From: a virus
Virus record (IMG/VR): IMGVR_UViG_3300025121_000030
Span: 34,269 to 98,268 of that record
Length of the DNA stretch: 64,000 nucleotides
Reading direction: 5' to 3' (one strand)
Shown: positions 10,816 to 20,793 of the stretch, piece after piece
Numbering within the stretch: position 1 is the first letter of the stretch
Layout: every line of letters begins with the position of its first letter
Made by a program: the position numbers and the translations under genes
Notes under the pieces: model-generated
Told to the model about the DNA's origin: nothing
Database searches by the model: none
What the model saw: only the letters and a program-made list of their open reading frames with translations

Positions 10816-10873
10816 CCAATTAATTCAATTAATCTTAACAAAATTAAAATCAATTAATCGAGGTGAAAACAAA

Positions 10874-11674
10874 ATTGCAAACAATACTAACAACAAAATT
10901 AACGACAAAGACTTAAACTTACGTTTACTAGGAAATTTACCAATAGAAATTAAAGATGTTGGTAAAATATATTCTCCAAAGTTAATTGAAATTGCTGAAA
11001 TTGGTGAATTAGAATATAATAATTATCTTGGTCTAATAAGTTTAGATAAAGATTATTTTAAAAAAAATAACAATTTAAATAATGAGTTATCTTTTGAAGA
11101 AAGAGAAGAATTTGAAAAAGAAATAAATAAACTAAGTATTTTTCAGTTTATTTATATTAGTTTATATCAAAATATTCATTTGAGACAAAGTTATTTGGAT
11201 GCTTTGTCTTTTTTCTTTAAAGAGAAAGTTTATTTTTATGAGAATGGATTTTTACACATTGATACGATTGACAAAGATAAAATTATTTCTGATAATAATT
11301 TTGATTTAATAATTGAAACAATAAAAAAATCAAATTGCTTAAAAACAAACAATGAAGATGATGATTATAATCCAGCAAATGACAAGGCAAAAGAAATTGC
11401 TGATAAAATAAGAAAATCAAGAGAGAAAGTTAATAAATTAAAAGCAAAAAATAATGAATCACTTGATTTATTTGATATAATTTCTGCTTTTTCTACTTAT
11501 CAGAAAATAGATTTAGATAGGGTTTATGAAATGACAATATTTAGATTTTATGATCAGTTTAAGCGAATGCAAAAAATTAATGAATATGACATTAGTATTC
11601 AAAGTTTATTACATGGAGCAGATCCTAAAAAAGTTGAGATTAAGAATTTTGTTTGTAGGTTGGGGAATGATTGA
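10874..11674 (+). CDS. Conserved tail-associated protein (YomV-like; probable ATT start at 10874)
   Basis: RBS gaggtga at 10860 then in-frame ATT; YNPANDKAKEIA and MTIFRFYDQF motifs; precedes the tail tube gene. Confidence 0.55.
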   Translation: MANNTNNKINDKDLNLRLLGNLPIEIKDVGKIYSPKLIEIAEIGELEYNNYLGLISLDKDYFKKNNNLNNELSFEEREEFEKEINKLSIFQFIYISLYQNIHLRQSYLDALSFFFKEKVYFYENGFLHIDTIDKDKIISDNNFDLIIETIKKSNCLKTNNEDDDYNPANDKAKEIADKIRKSREKVNKLKAKNNESLDLFDIISAFSTYQKIDLDRVYEMTIFRFYDQFKRMQKINEYDISIQSLLHGADPKKVEIKNFVCRLGND

Positions 11675-11789
11675 GATAATTTTGGTTGGTTTAAGTTAAT
11701 ATTTTCATTAATATTAATAGTAGCTATCTTTTTAGGTAGTGATTTTTTAATTATATAAAACAAAGAAAAAATAAAAAGGAGTGATTATT

Positions 11790-12488
11790 TTGTCAAGATA
11801 CGGTATTCGGGAAATTGCAAATGTAGTATTTAGAGATATTACTACTTTAAAACCTGTGCTTTATTTGGAGACATTAAAAACTAGTTCGACAGAAGTAACA
11901 GCAGATGCGGTATATGCTCGTGGAGGAGCTGGAAATCCCAAACGCCTCATGTGGGAATCTAACAAAGAAGTAAAATTTAATATGTCCGATGCTCTTATTT
12001 CTGCTCAAAGTTTTGCAATTTTGTCAGGAACAGCAGTAGTTACAAAACAAGTAAAAGTACATAAAAAGGAAGTTTTGACTTTAAATTCTTCTTTACAAGT
12101 TACTTTGACTCAAACACCAGTTATTGATGCAACTAATCCAATGTTTGTATTTATAACTGAAAGTGGTGACACATCTGCTATTGGAACCACAGTACCTAGT
12201 AATGCTACAAATGGTTATCAATTAGCAACTCCTACAATTACATTTGCTGGAACTGTAGGCGGTCATCTTATGGCAGTAGGGGATGTAGTAATTGTAGATT
12301 ATTATTATAATTCTGCTACTACAGCAAAAGAATTTGTAATTGATAGCGGTAAATTTAGCGGTTACTTTAGAATTGAGGCCGATTGTCTCTGGAGAAGAGA
12401 ATCCGATGGTGTAGACTTACCAGCTAAATTTATCATGCCCAGATCGAAGATGGCTTCAAACTTTACTATTACGATGGCTAGTGAGGGT
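11790..12488 (+). CDS. Major tail tube protein, exon 1
   Basis: RBS aaggagtga, TTG start MSRYGIREIANV; YARGG.GNP..L.W motif; ends ...TMASEG at the intron 5' splice site. Confidence 0.8.
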
Positions 12489-12820
12489 AAGAAGGATTGC
12501 CCCCTTGTAGCGTGAGTTACAAGTAAACATCGAGCAAAATCGGTGAAAGGTGAGATATGGACTTAATACATATGTTTTTAAGTTCTCCCAATACCGAGGT
12601 AAAGCACATTTTAAAATATGTGGCTTACCGTAACGCATAGGAGATGAAACTTTATTAAATATTTAATAAAGAATATAATTCTCGTGTCTAAGACACTACT
12701 TAATTTATTAAGTACCACGAGTGCTCGACAACTCTAAGAGTTGAAAATATATGCTGAACTTATAGGAATATGAACTATAAGAACTAGAGGATAAAAAGCT
12801 TCTAGGATAACAAATTTTTG
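12489..12820 (+). ncRNA. Group I intron (332 nt, no ORF) in the tail tube gene
   Basis: Exon ends in U with P1 gagggU/Gccccc; P3 tcgagca/tgctcga; P4 tcggt/accga; P7 gcata/tatgc; terminal G at 12820; P10 agaagg/ccttct. Splicing restores the frame (SEG|DPSVFDF). Confidence 0.88.
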
Positions 12821-12901
12821 GACCCTTCTGTTTTTGACTTCGTAGCAGAATGTTTCCCAGATGCTTCCAATCAAATGGTAATTATTGATGTGATTGAGTA
12901 A
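12821..12901 (+). CDS. Major tail tube protein, exon 2
   Basis: DPSVFDFVAECFPDASNQMVIIDVIE*; spliced protein is 259 aa. Confidence 0.85.
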   Translation, partial: DPSVFDFVAECFPDASNQMVIIDVIE

Positions 12902-12939
12902 GCAATAGTTAAATTAAATACAGTATAAAAACAATTAAT

Positions 12940-13045
12940 AAATAAACAGGGATAGTTAAGAGTTGTGATTTTAATGATAAGAGTGTATCGCAACCTCTCT
13001 TCTCTGTTTATTTGTTTTTTGTTGCGAAACACTAGTTGTGAGGTG
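12940..13045 (+). ncRNA. Structured leader RNA, copy 2
   Basis: P1 aaataaacaggga/tctctgtttattt. Loop tcgcaac pairs with gttgcga (13021-27) and gttgtga (13035-41, at the RBS). Confidence 0.65.
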
Positions 13046-13066
13046 ATTATTAATGAGTAATTATTA

Positions 13067-14230
13067 ATGAGTAATTATGTAAAAAGAGATCAAAATGAAT
13101 ATGATAATAATTTTAAAAACATTATTGAAAAATATACTGATCCAAAATATTTAACAACAAAAGGGTTTAGTAGTATGTCTGAAATTTCATCCCATAGTTA
13201 TACTGTAGTTTTTAAGACTAATTGGTATGATTTATTAAAAAAATATGGTGAATTTGACAGGCTTTATCAATATGTTAAAAATGAATTTATTGAGTTTGCA
13301 AAATTAACAAAAATTACAAGTTTAGATAAATTTGTTCAACAGCATACTTGTTTGACTAAAGATTTTTTAAGGTATATAGATAATAAATTATTTAAAGATG
13401 AATGTAAAGTTTCTAAAAAATACACAAAAGAAATGTTGGAAGATAATTTTTCAGATGTAAGGAATAAATTAGGAAGAGTTCCAAATCATTCTGAGTTTAT
13501 TAAAATGAGTAAAATACATCCAAAAACATATAGGCAATTTTTTAATTTGTCTGGTCAAGTATGGGAAGATATTTTAAGGTATTTTGTTTCTGAAGAAGAA
13601 ATTAATGAGTTTAATACATATCAAGCAGAATACAGAAAACAAATTGCTATTGCAGCTTCACAAAAGGAATATATTTATTCTAATGAAGAATTAGAGAAAG
13701 AATTAAAAATAATTTTTGATTATTATTACAAAGAATTTAATGTATATCCTAGTAGAAGACTATTTAATAAGATATCTAAATTCCATGATTTACTATATCG
13801 TGAAAGATTTAATATGAAATGGTCAGAAGTATGTAAAATGTATGGATATGAAATAGATACAAATAACAGCAAGTCAGAGAAAATATTTTTACAATTGGTT
13901 GATGAATTATTAAAAAGTAAGAATAAAACACAGAAAACCTTTGATTGGTTAAGAAATGAAGCAGGAAACAAATTAAAAATAGATGGATTCTATCAAGATT
14001 ATAATCTTGCAATAGAGTTTGATGGTGTTCATCATAGGAAGCCAGTGGCAAATTATGGTGGTATGGAGAGATACTTAAAGCAAGTTGCTAATGACAAAAT
14101 AAAAGATGATTTAATTCCACAACATGGATTAAAATTAATTCGTATTGACAGTCGTGAATCTTGGCATGACAAAGATTATCTTAAACAAAGATTAATAGAT
14201 GCTGGAATAGAGATTCCACAAATAGCATAA
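13067..14230 (+). CDS. Homing endonuclease-like protein (repeats plus C-terminal PD-(D/E)XK/Vsr-like nuclease)
   Basis: KLGRVP / YPS repeats; SKSE..F, LKIDGFY..LAIEFDGVHH, LIRID motifs. Confidence 0.75.
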   Translation: MSNYVKRDQNEYDNNFKNIIEKYTDPKYLTTKGFSSMSEISSHSYTVVFKTNWYDLLKKYGEFDRLYQYVKNEFIEFAKLTKITSLDKFVQQHTCLTKDFLRYIDNKLFKDECKVSKKYTKEMLEDNFSDVRNKLGRVPNHSEFIKMSKIHPKTYRQFFNLSGQVWEDILRYFVSEEEINEFNTYQAEYRKQIAIAASQKEYIYSNEELEKELKIIFDYYYKEFNVYPSRRLFNKISKFHDLLYRERFNMKWSEVCKMYGYEIDTNNSKSEKIFLQLVDELLKSKNKTQKTFDWLRNEAGNKLKIDGFYQDYNLAIEFDGVHHRKPVANYGGMERYLKQVANDKIKDDLIPQHGLKLIRIDSRESWHDKDYLKQRLIDAGIEIPQIA

Positions 14231-14251
14231 TTAAAAAAAAGAGGTGACAAT

Positions 14252-14470
14252 GTGGCATTAACTGATGAAAAGGATATAAAAATTGACATAAAAAAAGAGG
14301 AAGCAAAGACATCAAAAAAAGGCAAATTTGACATTATAGAAGCATTTGAAAATAGTGCCTATGTACTTATTGATGGTCAAGTAAGAGTAGTTGACAAAAA
14401 AGTAAAAAAAGGTCAGAAGAAAATTGAGCTAGAATATGAAATAATTGATGGTGATTATAAGTTCAAATAA
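14252..14470 (+). CDS. Hypothetical protein
   Basis: RBS gaggtg; 72 aa. Confidence 0.55.
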   Translation: MALTDEKDIKIDIKKEEAKTSKKGKFDIIEAFENSAYVLIDGQVRVVDKKVKKGQKKIELEYEIIDGDYKFK

Positions 14471-14483
14471 TAATAATAAAACA

Positions 14484-14552
14484 AAAATAAGGAGAAAGGC
14501 AAAAGGGAAGCTAAATAAAGGCTTGTTCAAAAGCCTTTTCTCCTTATTTTTT
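14484..14552 (+). terminator. Long hairpin/terminator
   Basis: aaaaataaggagaaaggc ... gccttttctccttatttttt. Confidence 0.6.
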
Positions 14553-14695
14553 GCTGTTTTAATATTAAAAAATTAACCAAATAATACTAAAAGCTAAAGT
14601 AAAAATAAAAATTATTAGTTAAATACTGAGATAATTTAGGAGAAAATAATTTTCTCCTTTTTATAATATTAAAAATTGAAAGGAATGATTATAAA

Positions 14696-15145
14696 ATGGC
14701 ACATTTAAATTTACACAAGGCCAGCGACAATTCAATAATTTCAACAACCGGAACTTTAACAAATGCTGTAGAATTTACATTAAGAGCAGATTTGAGTGAA
14801 ACAGGGGAAATTAGATTATATGCAATGACAGACTTTGGATATGAGACAACTAGTACAGTGATATCATTTGTAGACAGTGAATTTAGGAAAGATCCTGGTG
14901 AAGCTATTAGAGCTAAAGATGGTGGAGACGGAATTGCAACTACTAGTAGTTGGGCGTTAGCTCCAGATGTAGCAGGAGTAGCTGGAACTTACGGTGCTTA
15001 TGGTGCATCGTTGTCATTAGGTCTAGTAGGTAACGACACTGGGAAAGTTTTCTTCTGGAGTAAAGCTAAGGCTGAAACGACAGAAGAGGCAATTCAGGAT
15101 GTAAGTTGTGCAATCAAAGCAGAAGGAATTGAAAGAGCTACCTAA
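14696..15145 (+). CDS. Virion structural protein, paralog family A
   Basis: WALAPD...L.....VFFW.KAKA..E....D.S motif shared with 20794, 23282 and 25384. Confidence 0.6.
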   Translation: MAHLNLHKASDNSIISTTGTLTNAVEFTLRADLSETGEIRLYAMTDFGYETTSTVISFVDSEFRKDPGEAIRAKDGGDGIATTSSWALAPDVAGVAGTYGAYGASLSLGLVGNDTGKVFFWSKAKAETTEEAIQDVSCAIKAEGIERAT

Positions 15146-15172
15146 ACTAGCTTAGAAAGGTAGGTAGCTCAT

Positions 15173-16600
15173 ATGGCAATAAATTACTATGTTTCAGTTC
15201 AAAGAGGGTCAGATTCTAATGATGGACTATCACAGACATCCCCATTTCTCACAATTAGTAAAGCAGTAACTATGGTAACAGCAGGGTCTATAGTATATAT
15301 AGGATCTGGTTGCTATAAAGAAAGAATAACACTTCAAACAGCAGGAAGTACGTTTTCTAAGATATATTGGATGCCAGATTTTGATTCTAAATATTTAACA
15401 GATGATAAATCTGGCATTATTAGAATAACTGGATGCGACGAAAATGAACAACCAACAAGTGGAATTGTTTGGAATTTTAATGGTAAAAATTATAACTATA
15501 TTGGTAATACAAAAACGTATGGTAGAGTTTATATAGATGGTTCTAGTGATAATTATGCTTTATATATGGGAGGTACTACCACAACATATGGGTATGGAGT
15601 TGTTGCTACTAGTTACAATGGAATATATAGTGGACACTGTGAAAATTGTATTTCGATGGTTGCTAATATAGGATTTAGTAGTAATATTAATTATGATTGC
15701 ATCTCAATAAGTGGAAATATTGGATTTAATTTAGGATTTAATATGAACTGCATTTCCATGAGTGGAAACTATGGGTTTTTTGGGAGTCCAAGAACAGATA
15801 TAAATTCTACTGCTATCGGATGTATGAATGGGTTTTATACTGATAATGCAGTATCAACTAGCACGAATTGTTTATCGTTAAATAGTCAATATGGTTTTAA
15901 TATGAATAGCTTGTCAACACTTAATTATTGTCGCGCAATAAATTGTATAACTGGGTTTTATGGAACATCAACTACAAATGTGTTAAATACCTCTACATGT
16001 AGTGCTATTTATTGTAGTGGTAAGCAAAGAACTACAGGATTTCCTACTCCAGTGGATTATTATGAAACAGTTGAAGTTTCAAATGCAAAACATTATTCCT
16101 ATTATCCAGTAGATTTAATTAAAGCACTTATGCCTATATTAGAATTTAATTATACTGGTGGAAGCAATTTAGGGGTAGGGTACAGTTTTTATGATATTAT
16201 GGGAAATGGAAGAGCGTTGATTGATGGTATATGTCATTATGGTGCTCATGAATTTTCTAGAGTTAGTATGGATTTTAATAATTATCATACTTATGTTCCA
16301 TCTATAAAAGTTGAAAGAGCAGGAATGCAAAAATTTACTTTTTTTACTAATGGAGGAGAAGAATTTAGAAAGTCTGTATGGGTTAAATGGATAAACGTTG
16401 CTGATGCAAACAAACCTAGAATAACAGTTAAAAGTACAGGTTATTTTGTTCCAATAACAGTTACAGCTACGTCTGATGGTACAAATTGGGAATATTTATT
16501 AATAACTGCTACTCCAACTGGTGATTGTGAGGTAGAATTATATTTATATGCGGTAGACACAGGAGAAAATGCAGTAGTATATTTTAGTGATTTAAATTAA
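15173..16600 (+). CDS. Beta-helix (pectin-lyase-like) virion protein
   Basis: YYVS..GSDSNDGLS..SPF.TISKA N-terminus; repeated NC.S....GF rungs. Confidence 0.65.
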   Translation: MAINYYVSVQRGSDSNDGLSQTSPFLTISKAVTMVTAGSIVYIGSGCYKERITLQTAGSTFSKIYWMPDFDSKYLTDDKSGIIRITGCDENEQPTSGIVWNFNGKNYNYIGNTKTYGRVYIDGSSDNYALYMGGTTTTYGYGVVATSYNGIYSGHCENCISMVANIGFSSNINYDCISISGNIGFNLGFNMNCISMSGNYGFFGSPRTDINSTAIGCMNGFYTDNAVSTSTNCLSLNSQYGFNMNSLSTLNYCRAINCITGFYGTSTTNVLNTSTCSAIYCSGKQRTTGFPTPVDYYETVEVSNAKHYSYYPVDLIKALMPILEFNYTGGSNLGVGYSFYDIMGNGRALIDGICHYGAHEFSRVSMDFNNYHTYVPSIKVERAGMQKFTFFTNGGEEFRKSVWVKWINVADANKPRITVKSTGYFVPITVTATSDGTNWEYLLITATPTGDCEVELYLYAVDTGENAVVYFSDLN

Positions 16601-16624
16601 TTTAGAGATATTAATTTTAAGGCG

Positions 16625-19600
16625 GTGATGGCAGATATGAAATTAGATAAAGGCAGACTATATTCACGTCTGCCAAACAATACTTATACTTCTTCATTAT
16701 TAAGGGGGACTATATATACTTTTATTTGGCATAAAATTGAAGTGACTTTTTTTACACAAACAAATAAAAAAGTTACAAAAACGATATCGGTATTAAGGCA
16801 AACATTTAGAAGGATTTTTGATATTTTTAAAGGAAAGACTATTAGAAGACTTACTCAAGAAATATCAAATACAAATCAAACCAATAGAATTAACGATATC
16901 TTGTCAGACACTTCAATACAAACTCATAAGAACAATGTTGGTTTTGTCACATTTTTTGGTAGTAATTATAGAAAAATAATACAATTAATTTTACATACAT
17001 ATCAAACTGTAAAGTCAAATAATAAATTGGTTGATTTTATAAGTCAAACATACCGTAAAATTCCATATATATTTAAAGGAAAAACGATAAGAAAATTAAC
17101 GCAACAGATATTTATTACTAGACAAACTAATAAAATTAATAATAAATTACTTACTATGTTTATGCAAACTAAAAGGAATAATAATATTTTATATAATATT
17201 GTAAAAAATACAAGTAGGAAAATTATTTCTTTATCATCTAAAATAAGTCAAAATATAAGAATAGTTACAAAAATATTACATAAATATTTTCAAACAAATC
17301 GTAGAGTAAACTATATTAATATTTTTATTGGTAATGGTTATAGAAAGTTAATTAATTTAGTTTTAAGGCATAATCAAACTATAAAAATTAACAATAAACT
17401 AATTGATATATTGCAACAAACATATCGTAAAATACCTGATATATTTTTTGGAGATACATTTAGAAAATTAACACAAATAGATTCATCTTTGTTTCAAACT
17501 AATAAAAATATAAATAAAACGTCTGTAGTTTTATCTCAATCTAAACGCAATATTATAGGGCTGATTAGTAATAAGATACAAAATAATAGAAGTATTGTTA
17601 AATTGAATTATATTGGTAGTCAAATAAAAAGGAATATTATAGAATTAAGTGAATCAACAAAGCAGACATATAGAAGAATTAACAACATATTTGTATTTAG
17701 CATACAAACAAATAGAAAAATTAATAGTTTGGTTATTTTTTATGTTCAATCAAACAAAAAAATAAATAAATTAATTAGTTCATTTCATCAATCTGTAAGA
17801 TATAATATGATCATAGTTTATTGTATTAATCAAATTAAAAGAGATATAAATAAATTATATTTTATTAATAAGCAGATAAAAAGGAATATTTTAGAGTTTA
17901 TTGTTAATATTGTTCATACTAAGAGAAATATTAATAAGATTATCATTATTATGAATCAGTTGAATAGGAATATTGAATTATTTAAAGTATTGTTAAAACA
18001 AACTTATAGAATGATAACATTATTATATTTAAATAAATATCAAACTATAAAAACCAATAATAAATTAATTAATATATTGAGGCAAACATACAGGAAGATT
18101 CCAGATGTGTTTTCAGGAGACACAATAAGAAGATTAACAAAACCAAGTTCAGTTTTATTGCAAACAAGTAAAAATATTGAAAAGATTTTTATAATTTCAT
18201 CTCAGACTAAGCGAAATATTGTAAAATTACTTAGTAATAAAACACAACACAATAGAGGAATTATTAACAAAATAAGTATTAGCAAACAAACTAAACGTAA
18301 TATTACTAAATTGATAAGTACGAGCATGGTTAGTGTATATGGGCAATTAATTCGTAAGGTTAATGAATTGGTTGATTACTTTAGTCATGGTAAGCGTAAT
18401 ATTTTGAATATCGTATGTGTTTATTGGCAGACAAAAAGAAATAATGGTGTATTGAGTTATTATACTATCCAAAGCAAGAGAAATATTTATAAATTAGCAA
18501 GTTATGTCAGTCAAGTTTGTAGAATTATTTCAAAAGATATTAATATCATCAATCAATTAAACAGGCATATTAATAAATTAGAAGATTTTATTGGTAATAA
18601 TTTAAGAAAAATCAATAAAGCATCTTATAATATTGGACAAATGAATAGACAAATTATTTCATTTATATCTAATAACATCCAATTAAATAGAAATATAAAT
18701 AAGATAATCAATATTAGTAAGCAAGTGTTTAGAAATATTGTTGAATTAATTGTAGTTATTAAGCAAACTAATATGAAAAACGTTATATTTATAGCATTAA
18801 ATAAACAAACAAGTAGAATATTGAATAAAATTTCTATTGTTAATAAACAAATTATTAGAAATATTTATGATTTAACATTAATCAGTAAACAAACTAATAG
18901 AAAAACTACTTTGTTTACTGATTTAAATAAGCAAATTAATAGGATAGTTAATAAATTAGTAAGTAGTAAGAATCAAACTAAACGAGATATAAATAAGATT
19001 TATGATTATATTGTTCAAGTGAATAGAAATATTACAAAATTCTTATCTGAAATTTATATACAACTTGAGAGATTTCTTTTAATTAAAGTTGAATCTATAA
19101 AGCAAACTAAGCGAAGTATTACTAGATTAATAAGTAATTATGAAATTACAAAGGTGCTTATTCAGATTGTTAGAAAAGTTGAACCATTAGTTTCATATAT
19201 TGGACAGAGTAAGCTAAATATTATTAAAATGATTAGTGATATTAGACAACAGAATAGATTAATAAATAAACTAGAAAGTTTTGTTTATCAAAGCAAAAGA
19301 GCAAGAATTTTGTTAACTGAAACAAAGAAGCAGAGTTTAAGAAATATTTTATTATTGGTATATTCTATTAATCAAAGTTGGAGAAACGTTTTAAAAATTA
19401 CAGTAAAGTTATATCAGAAGAAGCGCAATATTATTAAACTAGTTAAATACAACTTACAAAGTAATAGAGATATTATTAAACTAAAGTTTAAAGTATGGCA
19501 AACAAACAGAGATATTATTAAATTGTTTGGGCGTGTAAAACAAAGCATTAGAGATATTATAAAAATATCTTCTATTAAAGGACAACAAAAAAGAAATGTA

Positions 19601-20479
19601 ATTAGATTTGAGGAGTATTTAAAACAGATCGAAAGGAATGTAATAAAATTAACTGTTTTTATAAAACAGAATTATCGTAAAATATTCAAATTAGAATTTA
19701 TTACAAAAGGAAGCAAACGAGACATAATTAAGTTGGTTAAATATAATGGTCAGTCAAATAGAGATGTTAGGAAAATTGTGTCAGATTATTATACTCAAAT
19801 CAAACGTAATATTATTGAATTGATAAGTTTTAAAAATCAGACTAATAGAAAAATTAATAAGATTTCGAGTTACATTACACAAACCAAGAGAAATATAAAC
19901 GAATTTATTATTTCTACAATTCAAACAAATAGAGATATTATAAAAATTTTATTAATTTCTGTTCATTTTAAAAGAAATATTTTAAAAATTATTTATATTA
20001 GTAAGCAAATAAAGAGGAATATTATTGTATTAATTAGTGCTGATGCGATTGTTGAAGCATTTATTCAATTGATTAGGAAAATTAATAAGATAGTATTTAA
20101 TGTAGTACAAAGTAAACGAAATATTATTAAATTATATGATATTAATAAACAAACGAAAACTAATATAAATAAACTACAAAGTTTTATTAAACAACAAAGA
20201 AGAAATATTGTTTTATTGGTAATAAGAGAATATCAAACTAATAGAAATATTTTATTATTGGTAGAGATTTTAAAACAAAGCAAGAGAAATATATTAAAAC
20301 TAATTTCACCAATTCGTCAATTAATCAGAAAGCTTATAACTATATGGGATGTATTTGATTTTGATTTGTTTGATGTGGTAGAGTTGGAGTTAGATTTTTA
20401 TGTTGAAGAATTAAAGTTGGATTTATGTATGTATGAAATTCCTCTTGATATTGAAGTTGAGGAGGTTAAAAGGTTATGA
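16625..20479 (+). CDS. Large basic protein built from 14-aa repeats (QTxRxI)
   Basis: 1284 aa uninterrupted ORF; Q-T/S-x-R-N-I recurs about every 14 aa; acidic C-terminal tail. Confidence 0.7.
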   Translation: MMADMKLDKGRLYSRLPNNTYTSSLLRGTIYTFIWHKIEVTFFTQTNKKVTKTISVLRQTFRRIFDIFKGKTIRRLTQEISNTNQTNRINDILSDTSIQTHKNNVGFVTFFGSNYRKIIQLILHTYQTVKSNNKLVDFISQTYRKIPYIFKGKTIRKLTQQIFITRQTNKINNKLLTMFMQTKRNNNILYNIVKNTSRKIISLSSKISQNIRIVTKILHKYFQTNRRVNYINIFIGNGYRKLINLVLRHNQTIKINNKLIDILQQTYRKIPDIFFGDTFRKLTQIDSSLFQTNKNINKTSVVLSQSKRNIIGLISNKIQNNRSIVKLNYIGSQIKRNIIELSESTKQTYRRINNIFVFSIQTNRKINSLVIFYVQSNKKINKLISSFHQSVRYNMIIVYCINQIKRDINKLYFINKQIKRNILEFIVNIVHTKRNINKIIIIMNQLNRNIELFKVLLKQTYRMITLLYLNKYQTIKTNNKLINILRQTYRKIPDVFSGDTIRRLTKPSSVLLQTSKNIEKIFIISSQTKRNIVKLLSNKTQHNRGIINKISISKQTKRNITKLISTSMVSVYGQLIRKVNELVDYFSHGKRNILNIVCVYWQTKRNNGVLSYYTIQSKRNIYKLASYVSQVCRIISKDINIINQLNRHINKLEDFIGNNLRKINKASYNIGQMNRQIISFISNNIQLNRNINKIINISKQVFRNIVELIVVIKQTNMKNVIFIALNKQTSRILNKISIVNKQIIRNIYDLTLISKQTNRKTTLFTDLNKQINRIVNKLVSSKNQTKRDINKIYDYIVQVNRNITKFLSEIYIQLERFLLIKVESIKQTKRSITRLISNYEITKVLIQIVRKVEPLVSYIGQSKLNIIKMISDIRQQNRLINKLESFVYQSKRARILLTETKKQSLRNILLLVYSINQSWRNVLKITVKLYQKKRNIIKLVKYNLQSNRDIIKLKFKVWQTNRDIIKLFGRVKQSIRDIIKISSIKGQQKRNVIRFEEYLKQIERNVIKLTVFIKQNYRKIFKLEFITKGSKRDIIKLVKYNGQSNRDVRKIVSDYYTQIKRNIIELISFKNQTNRKINKISSYITQTKRNINEFIISTIQTNRDIIKILLISVHFKRNILKIIYISKQIKRNIIVLISADAIVEAFIQLIRKINKIVFNVVQSKRNIIKLYDINKQTKTNINKLQSFIKQQRRNIVLLVIREYQTNRNILLLVEILKQSKRNILKLISPIRQLIRKLITIWDVFDFDLFDVVELELDFYVEELKLDLCMYEIPLDIEVEEVKRL

Positions 20480-20766
20480 TAGAGTTATATAAGGGAGAGA
20501 AGCGTTTATGTGGAATGTCTGTCAAAAGTAGAAGTGGTAAAAGTTTTTTAATAGAGAGTGTTTCATGCAAGGTGGTTGACAATGTAGGAACTACTATTCA
20601 AGAAGATGAAGAAGGAACAGTTGAAGATCATTCAGTTTTTTGCTTGGTTGATACTACATTGGATGGGTATGTTTATAGTAAAGGATATATATTGCAATTT
20701 AGTATCGTTCTGAAAGATGTGCCTAAAATAATTATGGGGAAGTTAAGTATTAAAATAAAGAAATAG
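20476..20766 (+). CDS. Small beta-sandwich virion protein
   Basis: RBS ggaggt; ATGA overlap with the upstream gene; 96 aa. Confidence 0.55.
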   Translation: MIELYKGEKRLCGMSVKSRSGKSFLIESVSCKVVDNVGTTIQEDEEGTVEDHSVFCLVDTTLDGYVYSKGYILQFSIVLKDVPKIIMGKLSIKIKK

Positions 20767-20793
20767 TTTAATTATGAGAGGAGTGATATAAAT

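Noticed and set aside
10730-10873. Extended N-termini in the ORF track for 10730, 34230 and 46422
   Set aside because: They overlap upstream genes without an RBS; better-supported starts lie downstream.
12489-12515. C-terminus KKDCPLVA* of ORF 11781..12515
   Set aside because: This is intron sequence; the true C-terminus is in exon 2.
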